Shown here: positions 12,608 to 24,866 of the stretch, piece after piece
Position numbering within the stretch: the first letter of the stretch is position 1
Layout: each line of letters begins with the position of its first letter
Position numbers and translations under genes: made by a program
Assembly (NCBI RefSeq): GCF_963921235.1
Contig: NC_086100.1
Location: 200,510,001 to 200,574,000 of the forward strand
Reading direction: 5' to 3'
Source of the DNA: Mobula hypostoma
Taxonomy: Eukaryota
Length of the DNA stretch: 64,000 nucleotides
The notes under the pieces: model-generated
What the model was told of the DNA's origin: nothing
Databases searched by the model: none
What the model saw: only the letters and a program-made list of their open reading frames with translations

Positions 12608-15600
12608 TAGACCATAAGATATAGGAACAGAAGTAGGCCATTTGGCCCATTGAGTCTGCTCCCCCGTTCAGTCATGGGCTGATTCAATTCTTCCAGTCAT
12701 CCCTAATCCTGTGCCTACTCCTCATACCTTTTGATGCCCTGGTTAATCAAGAACCTCTACCTTAAATGCACCCAATGACTTGGCCTCCACAGCTGTTCAT
12801 GGCAACAAATTCCAGAGATTTACCACCCTCTGACTAAAGTAATTTCTCCGCATCTCTGTTCTAGATGGACGTCCTTTCATCCTGAAGTCATCCCCTCGTG
12901 TCCTCAACTCCTTTACCATGGGAAATAACCCCCCTTATTCTCCTGAACTCCGGGGAATACAGCCCAAGAACTGCCAGACGTTCCTCATATGGTAACCCTT
13001 TCATTCCTGGAATCATTCTCATGAATCTTCTTTGAACCCTCTCCAGTGTCAGTATATCCTTTCTAAAATATGGAGCCCAAAACTGCACACAATATTCCAA
13101 GTGTGGTCTCTCGAGTTCCTTATAGAGCCTTAACATCATATCCCTGCTCTTATATTCTATACCTCTAGAAATGAATGCCAACATTGCATTTTTCTTCTTC
13201 ATCACTGACTCAACTGGGAGGTTAACCTTTAGGGTATCCTGCACAAGGACTCCCAAGTTCCTTTGCATCTCTGCATTTTGAATTTCCTCCCCATCTAAAT
13301 AATAGTCTACTCATTTATTTCTCCACCCAAAGTGCATGATCATGCACTTTCCAACATTGTATTTCATTTGCCACTTCTTCATCCATTCCCCTAAACTATT
13401 TAAGTCTCTCTGCAGGCTCTCCATTTTCTCAACACTACCCACTCCTCCACCTATCTTTGTATCATCAGCAAATTTAGCCACAAATCCATTAATCCCATAG
13501 TCCAAATCATTGACATACATTGTAAAAAGCAGCGGTCCCAACACCGACCCCTGTGGAACTCTACTGGTAACTGGCAGCCAGCCAGAATAGGATCTCTTTA
13601 TTCTCACTCTCTGTTTTCTGCTGATTAGCCAATGCTCCACCCATGCTAGTAACTCCCCTGTAATTCCATGGGCTCTTATCTTGCTAAGGCTGACAAGGGA
13701 AATTAGGGATAGTATCAATTCCAAAGAAGAAGCATACAAATTAGCCAGAAAAAGCGGCTCACCTGAGGACTGGGAGAAATTCAGAGTCCAGCAGAGGAGG
13801 ACAAAGGGCTTAATTAGGAAAGGGAAAAAAAATTATGAGAGAAAGCTGGCAGGGAACATAAAAACTGACTGTAAAAGCTTTTATAGATATGTGAAAAGAA
13901 AAAGATTGGTTAAGACAAATGTAGGTCTCTTACAGTCAGAAACAGCTGAATTGATCATGGGGAACAAGGACATGGCAGACCAGTTGAATAACTACTTTGG
14001 TTCTGTCTTCACTAAGGAGGACATAAATAATCTTCCGGAAATAGTAGGGGACCGAGGGTCTAGTGAGATGGAAGAACTGAGGGAAATACGTGGTCGTAGG
14101 GAAGTGGTGTTAGGTAAATTGAAGGGATTGAAGGCAGATAAATCCCCTGGGCCAGATGGTCTGCATCCCAGTGTGCCTAAGGAAGTAACACAAGAAATAG
14201 TGGATGCATTAGTGATAAATTTTCAAAACTCGTTAGATTCTGGACTAGTTCCTGAGGATTGGAGGGTGGCTAATGTAACCCCACTTTTTAAAAAAGGAGG
14301 GAGAGAGAAACCGGGGAATTATAGGCCGGTTAGCCTAACATCGGTGGTGGGGAAACTGCTGGAGTCAGTTATCAAGGATGTGATAACAGCACATTTGGAA
14401 AGCAGTGAAATGATCGGACAAAGTCAGCATGGATTTGTGAAAGGAAAATCATGTCTGATGAATCTCATAGAATTTTTTGATGATGTAACTAGTAGAGTGG
14501 ATAGGGGAGAACCAGTGGATGTGGTATATTTGGATTTTCAAAAGGCTTTTGACAAGGTCCCACACAGGAGATTGGTGTGCAAACTTAAAGCACATGGTAT
14601 TGGGGGTATGGTATTGATGTGGATAGAGAATTGGCTGGCAGACAGGAAGCAAAGATTGGGAATAAACGGGACCTTTTCAGAATGGCAGGCAGTGACTAGT
14701 GGGGTACCACAAGGCTCAGTGCTGGGACCCCAGTTGTTTACAATATATATTAATGATTTAGACGAGGAAATTAAATGCAGCATCTCCAAGTTTGCGGATG
14801 ACACAAAGCTGGGTGGCAGTGTTAGCTGTGAGGAGGATGCTAAGAGGATGCAGGGTGACTTGGATAGGTTGGGTGAGTGGGCAAATTCATGGCAGATGCA
14901 ATTTAATGTGGATAAATGTGAGGTTATCCACTTTGGTGGCAAGAACAGGAAAACAGATTATTATCTGAATGGTGGCCCGATTAGGAAAAGGGGAGGTGCA
15001 ACGAGACCTGGGTGTCATTGTACACCAGTCATTGAAAGTGGGCATGCAGGTACAGCAGGTGGTGAAAAAGGCAAATGGTATGCTGGCATTCAAAGCAAGA
15101 GGATTCGAGTACAGGAGCAGGGAGGTACTACTGCAGTTGTACAAGGCCTTGGTGAGACCACACCTGGAGCATTGTGTGCAGTTTTGTCCCCTAATCTGAG
15201 GAAAGACATTCTTGCCATAGAGGGAGTATAAAGAAGGTTCACCAGATTGATTCTTGGGATGGCAGGACTTTCATATGAAGAAAGACTGGATCGACTAGGC
15301 TTATACTCACTGGAATTTAGAAGATTGAGGGGGGATCTTATTGAAACATACAAAATTCTAAAGGGATTGGACAGGCTAGATGCGGGAAGATTGTTCCCAA
15401 TGTTGGGGAAGTCCAGAACGAGGGGTCACAGTTTAAGGATAAAGGTGAAGCCTTTTAGGACTGAGATAAGGAAAAACTTTTTCACACAGAGAGTGGTGAA
15501 TCTGTGGAATTCTCTAGCACAGAAAACAGTTGAGGCCAGTTCATTGGCTATATTTAAGAGGGAGTTAGATATGGCCCTTGTGGCTAAAGGGATCAGGGGG

Positions 15601-15792
15601 TATGGAGAGAAGGTAGGTACAGGGTTCTGAGTTGGATGATCAGCCATGATCATACTGAACGTCGGTGCAGGCTCGATGGGCCAAATGGCCTACTCCTGCA
15701 CCTATTTTCTATGTTTCTATGTTTCTAAGCGGCCTCATGTGTGGCTACTTATCAAAGGCCTTCTGAAAATCTAAGTACACCACATCTACTGC
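12608..15792 (-). mobile_element. CR1 LINE 3' half (from AVDVVYLDF to the tail), interrupted by a younger CR1 at 13689-15724
   Basis: RT motifs VPQGSVLGP, FADDTK, RPHLEYC; tail CTTATGGTCT at 12608; host sequence resumes at 15725. Confidence 0.9.
13689..15724 (+). mobile_element. Young 5'-truncated CR1 LINE with near-intact RT
   Basis: 516 aa ORF with KSPGPDG, NYRPVSLTS, QHGF, YLDFQKAFD, GVPQGSVLGP, FADDTK; (ATGTTTCT)n tail; CTAAG at both ends (13684-13688 and 15725-15729). Confidence 0.95.
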
Positions 15793-16436
15793 AAACAATA
15801 GGAATTCTGCAGATGCTGGAAATTCAAGCAACACACATAAAAGTTGCTGGTGAACGCAGCAGGCCAGGCAGCATCTCTAGGAAGAGGTGCAGTCGACGTT
15901 TCAGGCTGAGACCCTTCGTCAGGACTAACTGAAGGAAGAGTGAGTAAGGGATTTGAAAGTTGGAGGGGGAGGGGGAGATCCAAAATGATAGGAGAAGACA
16001 GGAGGGGGAGGGATGGAGCCAAGAGCTGGACAGGTGATAGGTAAAAGGGGATACGAGAGGATCATGGGACAGGAGGTCCAGGAAGAAAGACGGGGGGGGG
16101 GGAACCTAGAGGATGGGCAAGGGGTATATTTAGAGGGACAGAGGGAGAAAAAGGAGAGTGAGAGAAAGAATGTGTGTATAAAAATAAGTAACAGATGGGG
16201 TACGAGGGGGAGGTGGGGCATCAGCGGAAGTTAGAGAAGTCGGTGTTCATGCCATCAGGTTGGAGGCTACCCAGACGGAATATAAGGTGTTGTTCCTCCA
16301 ACCTGAGTGTGACTTCATCTTTACCGTAGAGGAGGCCGTGGATAGACATGTCAGAATGGGAATGGGATGTGGAATTAAACTGTGTGGCCACTGGGAGATC
16401 CTGCTTTCTCTGGCGGACAGAGGGTAGATGTTCAGC
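15793..16436 (-). mobile_element. Penelope-like element 3' fragment (end of GIY-YIG plus pseudo-LTR)
   Basis: AEHL...PVATQFN...RLEEQHLIFRLGSLQPDGMN; closely similar to 26065-26700. Confidence 0.92.
15891..15926 (-). ncRNA. Minimal type I hammerhead ribozyme motif (Penelope pLTR)
   Basis: Minus strand reads AGTC-CTGACGA-A-GGGTCTCAGCCT-GAAA-CGTC-GACT; core intact, stem II has two substitutions relative to the + strand copies. Confidence 0.8.
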
Positions 16437-16446
16437 TACAGTAGAT

Positions 16447-19400
16447 TGTACAGTAGGGGGTGGTGTGGCCCTGTGTATGAGAAATAATATTAAATCATTT
16501 GAAAGGGATGACATAGGATCAGAAGTTGTAGACCCTATATGGGTTGAGTTAAGAAATGACAAGGGTAAAAGGACCCTAATGGCAGTTGTATACAGGCCTC
16601 CAAACAGCAGCTGGGATGTGGATTACAAATTACAGCAGGAGATAGAAAAGGCGTGTCAGAAGGGCGAAGTCATGATAATCGTTGGGGATTTTAACATGAA
16701 AGTGGATTGGGAAAACCAGGCCAGTACTGGTCCTCAAGAGAGAGAATTTTTAGAATGTCTAAAGGATGGAACATAGAACATAGAATAGTACAGCACAGTA
16801 CAGGACCTTCGGCCCACAATGTTGTGCCGACCCTCAAACCCTGCCTCCCATATAAGACCCCACCTTAAATTCCTCCATATATCTGTCTAGTAGTCTCTTA
16901 AACTTCACTAGTGTATCTGCCTCCACCACTGACTCAGGCAGTGCATTCCACGCACCAACCACTCTCTGAGTAAAAAACCTTCCTCTAATATCCCCCTTGA
17001 ACTTCCCACCCCTTACATTAAAGCCATGTCCTCTTGTATTGAGCAGTGGTGCCCTGGGGAAGAGGCGCTGGGTATCCACTCTATCTATTCCTCTTATTAT
17101 CTTGTACACCTCTATCATGTCTCCTCTCATCCTCCTTCTCTCCAAAGAGTAAAGCCCTAGCTCCCTTCGTCTCTGATCATAATGCATACTCTCTAAACCA
17201 GGCAGCATCCTGGCAAATCTCCTCTGTACCCTTTCCAATGCTTCCACATCCTTCCTATAGTGAGGCGACCAGAACTGGACACAGTACTCCAAGTGTGGCC
17301 TAACGAGAGTTTTATAGAGCTGCATCATTACATCGCGACTTTTAAACTCTATACCTCGACTTATGAAAGCTAACACCCCATAAGCTTTCTTAACTACCCT
17401 ATCCACCTGTGAGGCAACTTTCAGGGATCTGTGGACGTGTACCCTGAGATCCCTCTGCTCCTCCACACTACCAAGTATCCTGCCATTTACTTTGTACTCT
17501 GCCTTGGAGTTTGTCCTTCCAAAGTGTACCACCTCACACTTCTCCGGGTTGAACTCCATCTGCCACTTCTCAGCCCACTCCTGCATCCTATCAATGTCTC
17601 TCTGCAATCTTTGACAATCCTCTACACTATCTACAACACCACCAACCTTTGTGTCGTCTGCAAACTTGCCAACCCACCCTTCTACCCCCACATCCAGGTC
17701 GTTAATAAAAATCACAAAAAGTAGAGGTTCCAGAACAGATCTTTGTGGGACACCACTAGTCACAATCCTCCACTCTGAATGTATTCCCTCCACCACCACC
17801 CTCTGCCTTCTGCAGGCAAGCCAATTCTGAATCCACCTGGCCAAACTTCCCTGGATCCCACGCCTTCTGACTTTCTGAATAAGCCTACCATGTGGAACCT
17901 TGCCAAATGCCTTACTAAAATCCATATAGATCACATCCACTGCACTACCCTCATCTATATGCCTGGTCACCTCCTCAAAGAACTCTATCAGGCTTGTTAG
18001 ACACGATCTGCCCTTCACAAAGCCATGCTGACTGTCCTTGATCAGGCCATGATTCTCTAAATGCCTGTAGATCCTATCTCTAAGAATCTTTTCCAACAGC
18101 TTTCCTATACAGACTCACTGGTCTATAATTACCCGGACTATCCCTACTACCTTTTTTGAACAAGGGGACAACATTCGCCTCCCTCCAATCCTCCGGTACC
18201 ATTCCCGAGGACAACGAGGACATACAGATCCTAGCCAGAGGCTCAGCAATCTCTTCTCTCGCCTCGTGGAGCAGCCTGGGGAATATTTCATTAGGCCCCG
18301 TGGACTTATCGGTCCTAATGTGTTTTAACAACTCCAACACCTCCTCTCCCTTAATGTCAACATGCTCCAGAACATCAACCTCACTTATATTGTCCTCACC
18401 ATCATCAAGTTCCCTCTCATTGGTGAATACCGAAGAGAAGTATTCATTGAGGACCTCGCTCACTTCCACAGCCTTGAGGCACATCTTCCCACTTTTATCT
18501 CTAATCGGTCCTACCTTCACTCCTGTCATCCTTTTTTTCTTTACATAACTGAAGAATGCCTTGGGGTTTTACTTTACCCTACTTGCCAAGGCCTTCTCAT
18601 GCCCCCTTCTTGCTCTTCTCAGCCCCTTCTTAAGCTCCTTTCTTGCTTCCCTATATTCCTCAATAGACCCATCTGATCCTTGCCTCCTAAACCTCATGTA
18701 TGCTGCCTTCTTCCACCTGACTAGATTTTCCACCTCACTTGTCACCCATGGTTCCTTCATCCTACCATTCTTTATCTTCCTCACTGGGACAAATTTATCC
18801 CTAACATCCTGCAAGAGATCTCTAAACATCGACCACATGTCCATACTGCAAAAACATCATCCCAATTCACATCCGCAAGTTCTAGCGTTATAGCCTCATA
18901 ATTTGCCTTTCCTCAATTAAAAATTTTCCTGTCCTCTCTGATTCTATCCTTTTCCATGATAATGCTGAAGGCCAGGGAGCGGTGGTCACTGTCCCCCAGA
19001 TGCTCACCCACTGAGCGATGTGTGACCTGACCTGGTTCATTACCTAGTACTAGATTTAGTATGGCATTCCCTCTGGTCGGCCATACTGTGACAGGAATCA
19101 GTCCTGGACACACTTAACAAACTCTGCCCCATCTAAACCCTTTGAACTAATCAGGTGCCAATCAATTTTAGGGAAGTTAAAGTCACCCATGATAACAACC
19201 CTGTTATTTTTGCACCTTTCCAAAATCTGACTTCCAATCTGCTCCTCTGTATCTCTGCTGCTACCAGGGGGTCTATAGAATACCCCCAGTAGAGTGACTG
19301 CTCCCTTCCAGTTCCTGACTTCCACCCATACTGATTCAAAAGAGGATCCTGCTACATTACCCACCCTTTCTGTAGCTGTAATAGTATCCCTGACCAGTAA

Positions 19401-21190
19401 TGCCACCCTTCATCCCCTTTTTCTGCCTTCTCTATCCCTTTTACAGCACTGAAATCCAGGAATATTGAGAATTCATTTCTGCCCTGGTGCCAGCCAAGTC
19501 TCTGTAATGGCCACTGCATCATAATTCCATGTATATATCCAAGCTCTCAGTTCATCACCTTTGTTCCTGATGCTTCTTGCATTGAGGTACACACATTTCA
19601 GCCCTTCTACCTTACTGTCTTTACACCATTTATTCTGCTTCTCTTTCCTCAAAGCCTCTCTGTATGTTAGATCTGGCTTTACCCCATGCACTTCTTTCAC
19701 TGCTCTATCGCTCTGGGTCCCATCCCCCTCGCAAGTTAGTTTAAACCCTCCCGAACCATGCTAGCAAACCTACCTGCAAGGATATTGCTCCCCCTCGAGT
19801 TCAGGTGCAACCCATCCAATCTGTACAGGTCCCACCTTCCCCAGAAGAGATCCCAATGATCTAAAAATCTAAAACCCTGCTCCCTGCACCAACTCCTCAG
19901 CCATGCATTCAACTGCCATCTCCTCCAATTCTTACCATCTCTGTCACATAGCACTGGCAGCAATCCTGAGAACGTCACCCTTGAGGTCCTGTTCTTCAGC
20001 CTTCTGCCTAGTTCCCGAAACTCACACTTCAGGACCTCATCCCTCTTCCTGCCTATGTCGTTGGTCCCAACATGTATCAACGACCTGCTTCTGACAGCCT
20101 AGGTGTGACTTCTTTTTTAGAACAGCTTGCTGTTGAGCCCACTAAAGGATCAGCTGTGCTGGATTGGGTATTGTGCAATGATCCAGAGGTGATAAGAGAG
20201 TTTAAGGTTAAGGATCCCTTCGGGAACAGTGGTCACACTATAACTGAGTTCACTTTGAAATTTGAGAAGGAGAAACTAAATTCCAATGTGTCGGTATTTC
20301 AGTGGAATAAAGGAAATTACAACGGCATGAGAGGGGAACTAGCCAAGGTTGACTGGAAGGAGACATTTGCAGGAAAGACAGAAGAGCAGCAATGGCCGAA
20401 GTTTCTGCAAAAAATGAGGGAAATGCAAGACAGATATATTCCAAATGGAAAGAAATTTTTGAATGGAAGAAGGACACTACCATGGCTGACAAGTGAAGTC
20501 AGAGCAAAAGTAAAAGCAAAAGAGAGGGCATACAAGGAAGCCAAACGTGAATTATGAAAGGAAGCTGGCGACTAATATTAAAGAAGATACTGAAAGCTTT
20601 TTTAAGTAAATAAAGGGTAAAAGTGAGTTGAGAGTAGATGTAGGACCAATAGAAAATGATGCTGGAGATATTGTAATGAGACACAGAGACGGCAGTGGAA
20701 CTGAATGTGTATTTTACGTCAGTACTCACAGTGGAGACATCTTCAGTATACAAGCGAGTCAGGGAAGTGAAGTATGTGCAGTGAAAATTACAACTGAGAA
20801 GGTGCTCAGGAAACTTAATGGTCTGAAGGCGGATAAATCTCCTGGACCTGATGGAATATACCCTCAGGTTTTGAAGGAAGTAGCTGGAGAGATTTTGGAG
20901 GCATTAACAATGATCTTTCAAGAATCGATAGATTCTGGCATTGTACCGGATGACTGGAACATTGCAAATGTTACTCCGCCATTTAAGAATGGTGGGAGGC
21001 AGCAGAAAGGAATCTATAGACCTGTTAGCCTGATATCAGTGGTTGGGAAGTTGTTGGAATAAATTGTTAGGGATGAGATTATGGAGTACCTGGAGGCACA
21101 TGACAAGATAGGCCAAAGCCAGCATGGTTTCCTGAAAGAAAAATCCTGCCTGACTAACCTACTGCAATTCTTTGAGGAAATTACAAGCAG
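16447..21190 (+). mobile_element. CR1 LINE from endonuclease to early RT (ends at EEITSR), split by the CR1 at 16770-20090
   Basis: GGGVAL, YRPP, GDFN up to LKDG at 16769; resumes FLEQL at ~20112; KSPGPDG, YRPVSL, QHGF. Confidence 0.88.
16770..20090 (-). mobile_element. Near full-length CR1 LINE (ORF1 esterase C-terminal half plus frameshifted ORF2 EN-RT)
   Basis: ORF1 SGNH motifs HVGTNDIG and DGLHLN; ORF2 YLNARSI, ETW, GDFN, SDH and a 420 aa RT ORF; (CTATGTT)n tail at 16770. Confidence 0.95.
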
Positions 21191-21868
21191 GGTAACCTCC
21201 AGGTTGAGTTGATGGTGAAGAAGGTGAATGCAATGTTGGCATTCATTTCTAGAGGTATAGAATAAAAGAGGAGGGATGTGATGTTGAGGCTCTATAAGGC
21301 ACCCGTGTGACCACACTTGTGTGCAGTTTTGGGCTCCTTATTTTAGAAAGGCTATGCTGACCTTGGAGAGGGTTCAGAGAAGGTTCACAAAAATTATTCC
21401 AGGAATGAAAAGGTTATCATATGAGGAATGTCTGGCAGCTCTTGGGCTGTACTCCCCGGAGTTCAGGAGAATGAGGGAGGATCTCATAAAAACATTCTGA
21501 AGGTTAAAAGGCCCGAACAGATTAGATACGGCAAAGTTATTTCCCATGGTAGCAGGGAGTCTAGGACAAGAGGGCATGACTTCAGGAGTGAAGGACGTCC
21601 TTTTAGAACAGAGATGCGGAGAAATTTCTTTAGTCAGAGGCGGTAAATCTGTGGAATTTGTTGCCACGAGTGGCTGTGGAGGCCAGGTCATTAGGTGTAT
21701 TTAAGGTAGAGATAGATAGGTTCTTGATTAGCCAGGGCATCAAAGGGTATGGGGAGAAGGCAGGGGAGTGGGGATGACTGGAAGAATTGGATCAGCCCAT
21801 GATTGAATGGCGGAGCAGACTCGATGGGCCAAATGGCCTACTTCTGCTGCTATATCTTATGGTCTTAT
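21191..21868 (+). mobile_element. CR1 3' end fragment
   Basis: AMLAFISRG..., RRMR, TRGH motifs; tail ATCTTATGGTCTTAT. Confidence 0.88.
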
Positions 21869-22820
21869 ATTTAAAACTTTCCTAGTGAAAGGTGAGTTAC
21901 CAGAGGATTGGAGGATAGCTCATGTTGTTCTGCTGTTTAAGAAAGGATCTAAACAGAAACCAGGGAATTATAGACCAGTGAGCCTGACAACAGTGGGAAA
22001 GTTATTGGAAGGTATTTTAAGGGACCGGATATATGAGCAGTTGGATACACAAAGACTGATTAAGGATAGTCAGCATGTCTTTGGTGATGGTAAATCATGT
22101 CTAAAAAATTTAATAGAGATTTTTGAGGAAATTACCAGTAAAGTTATGAAGGTAAGGCAGTGGATGTTGTCTACATGGCCTTTGGCAATGTCTGCATGGG
22201 AGGTTGGTCAAGAAGGTTCAGTGGCTTGGCATTCAAGATGAGGTAGTAAATTGGATTAGACATTGGCTTTGTGCGAGAAGCCAGAGAGTGGTAATAGATG
22301 GTAGCCGCTTTGGCCGGAGGCCTGTGATTAGTGGAGTTCCACAGGGATTGTGCTGGGTTGCGACAGTTGTTGTTTGTCTTCTATGATCTGGATGATAATG
22401 TGGTTAATTGGATCAGCAAATTTATGGATGACACCAAGATTATGTGTGTAGTGGACAACCAGGAAGTCTATCATGGGATCTGGATCAGCTGTAAAAATGG
22501 GCTGAAAAATGGCTGATGGAGTTTAATGCAAACAAATGTGAGGTTTTGCACTTCAGTAGGACCAACCAGAGTAGATCTTACACAGTGAACGGTAGGGCAC
22601 TGAGTAATGATGTAGAACAAAGGGATATGGGAATACAGGTGGTGTCACAGGCAGGTAGGGTCGTAAAGAAAACTAATGGCACCTTGGCTTTTGTAAATCA
22701 AAATATGGAAGTCTGGAGATTGGATGTTATGTTGAGGTTGTATAAGACGTTGGTGAGGCCTAATATGGAGTTTTGTGTGCAGTTTTGGTCACCTACCTAA
22801 AGGAAAGATGAAAATAAGTT
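21869..22820 (+). mobile_element. Old degenerate CR1 RT fragment
   Basis: PEDWR, NYRPVSLT, GVPQG, FMDDTK, LYKTLVRP with many frameshifts. Confidence 0.85.
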
Positions 22821-23748
22821 TACCTGGTTTACTTTTGGAGCCTTTTTTAAACAACGGAACAACATGAGCTACCCTCTAATCCTCCGGCACTGTACCTGTG
22901 ACTAAGGACATTTTAAATATTTCTGCCAGGCGCCCGTAATTTCTACACTAGTCTCTCTCAAAGTCTGAGGAAGTATCATGTCATGCCCGGGGGATTTATC
23001 TACCTTTATTCGCTGTAAGGCAGCAAGCACCTCCTCCTCTTTAATCTCTATATGTTCCATGACACTACTGCTCGTTTCCCTTCCTTCCATATACACTATG
23101 CCAGTTTCCTGAGTAAATGCTGATGCAAAAAAACTGTTTAAGATCTCCCCCATCTCGTGAGGCTCCACACATAGACGACCACCCTGAGCTTCTAGGGGAC
23201 CAATTTTGTCCCTTACTATCCTTTTACACACAATCACTACAACTTGTCCCTGTAGGTTGTCCCCACCAACAGTATCCAAAACAGTATACTTATTGATGAT
23301 GGGAACGGCCACAGGGGTGCTCTGCTCTTTCTGTCTATTCCCCTTCCCTCTCCTGATAGTCACCCAGCTATCTGCCTCCTGACTCTTAGGTGTGACTGTC
23401 TCCCTGAAACTCCTCTCTATTTCTGCCTCTGCCTCACGAATGATCCGAAGTTCATCCAGCTCCAGCTCCAGTTCCCTAACTCGGTTTGTCAGGAGCTGCG
23501 GCTGGATGCACCTTTTACAGGTGTAGTCATCAGGGACAATTGTGCTGTCCCTGACTTCCCACATACTGCATACGGAGCATTCGACTGCCCTAACTGCTGC
23601 CTCTATTACCTACTCCTAAGTTAATTAAATTAATTAAAGGAACTTACCCAGTCTTACCTCACTGGGAGCAAGCTCGTCCTCAGCCGCTGCTCGCCAAAGC
23701 CTCAAAGCTCTAGTCCTACCCTGAGCCACACATGCACTGGCTGCTCCT
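22821..23748 (-). mobile_element. Internally deleted CR1 (5'UTR, ORF1 N-terminus fused to mid-ORF2); its 5'UTR continues at 32667-32903 beyond the Nimb insertion
   Basis: ORF 22902-23564 joins ORF1 (MWEV...CKRC, coiled coil) to ORF2 linker (RDKIGPL...FFASAFT...KSPGHD). Confidence 0.85.
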
Positions 23749-23904
23749 GCTTCTTCTTCATCTTGTTTTACAGCGGTTGGCACCCAGCTTAATGGTGCTT
23801 TACCGCTACCTTCTGCTTCAGAGTGTACAATAGAATTACATTCTAAATCCCTTCACCAAATCACTCACACACACCCACACACATACCCTAACCTACACTT
23901 TATC

Positions 23905-24072
23905 AAATTTCAAATCTCTTACTAGCTCTTCTTTCAGTTAGTCCTGACGAAGGGTCTCGGCCCGAAACGTCGACTGTACCTCTTCCTGGAGATGCTGCCT
24001 GGCCTGCTGCGTTCACCAGCAACTTTGATGTGTGTTACTTGAAATTCCAGCATCTGCAGATTTCCTCGTGTT
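23905..24072 (+). mobile_element. 168 bp Penelope pLTR-only insertion in the Nimb 3'UTR
   Basis: Near-identical to 26536-26700; flanked by the 11 bp direct repeat TACACTTTATC (23894-23904 and 24073-24083). Confidence 0.92.
23940..23975 (+). ncRNA. Minimal type I hammerhead ribozyme; predicted cleavage after GUC at 23971
   Basis: AGTC-CTGACGA-A-GGGTCTCGGCCC-GAAA-CGTC-GACT: CUGANGA and GAAA cores, stem I AGUC/GACU, stem II GGG/CCC, palindromic ACGU stem III. Confidence 0.85.
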
Positions 24073-24866
24073 TACACTTTATCCTCCCATCTTTGGCCAT
24101 CCTAGTACCCTATTGCTGCTTATCCATCATATCCTACCCCAGTATCCCTTAAGAAAGCTAAAAATACCCTGACCTGTGCTCTGTCACCCATGCCCAGCAA
24201 CCCTTTGAATGTGAATTCCTGCATCCTCAACTCCCTTAATTTATTTCTCATCATCTCTCTCTGTATCCCATACTTCCTGCAACACAAAACTACATGTTCT
24301 ACTGACTCCTCTTCCTGACATTCCTCACACAATCCTGTCTGGTGTTTCCCTATCACTTTCAATGTTTTGTTTAATGCACTGTGCCCCAGCCTTAACCTAG
24401 TCCACACAATTTCCTCTCTTCTGTTTCCATTACCTACCCTAGTAACTGCAACACTCTTTTGTATTTGATATAAATGCCTCCCTTTCCCCTCCCTGTCCCA
24501 TCTTTCTTGCCACATTTGGTTGATTTTTTTCCCCAGATTACTCACTTAACCTCTGCTTTACTGATACTAATGTGCATTTCTATATTTTCTTTCTTTAACG
24601 CCCTCTTTGCCAACTCATCCACCCTCTCATTCCCCTTCACCCCTACATGTGCTGGAACCCATGGAAATTTTACCTGACCTCCCTGATTTGCAATTCTTGT
24701 GACTGACTGAAGGACTTCATAAAGTACATCTTGTCGACTGCTTGAGTGAAAAGATCTTAAACTTGCTAGAATGGAGGATGAATCTGAGCATATCAACACT
24801 TTGACTTGTCTAGCTTTCTCCACCCATCGCAACGCAACCAACACTGCCAGCATCTCCACTGTATAC

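Noticed and set aside
13311..16776. ORFs 13311-13739, 16221-16562 and 16348-16776 as novel fusion proteins
   Set aside because: They read by chance across TE insertion junctions, partly in antisense.
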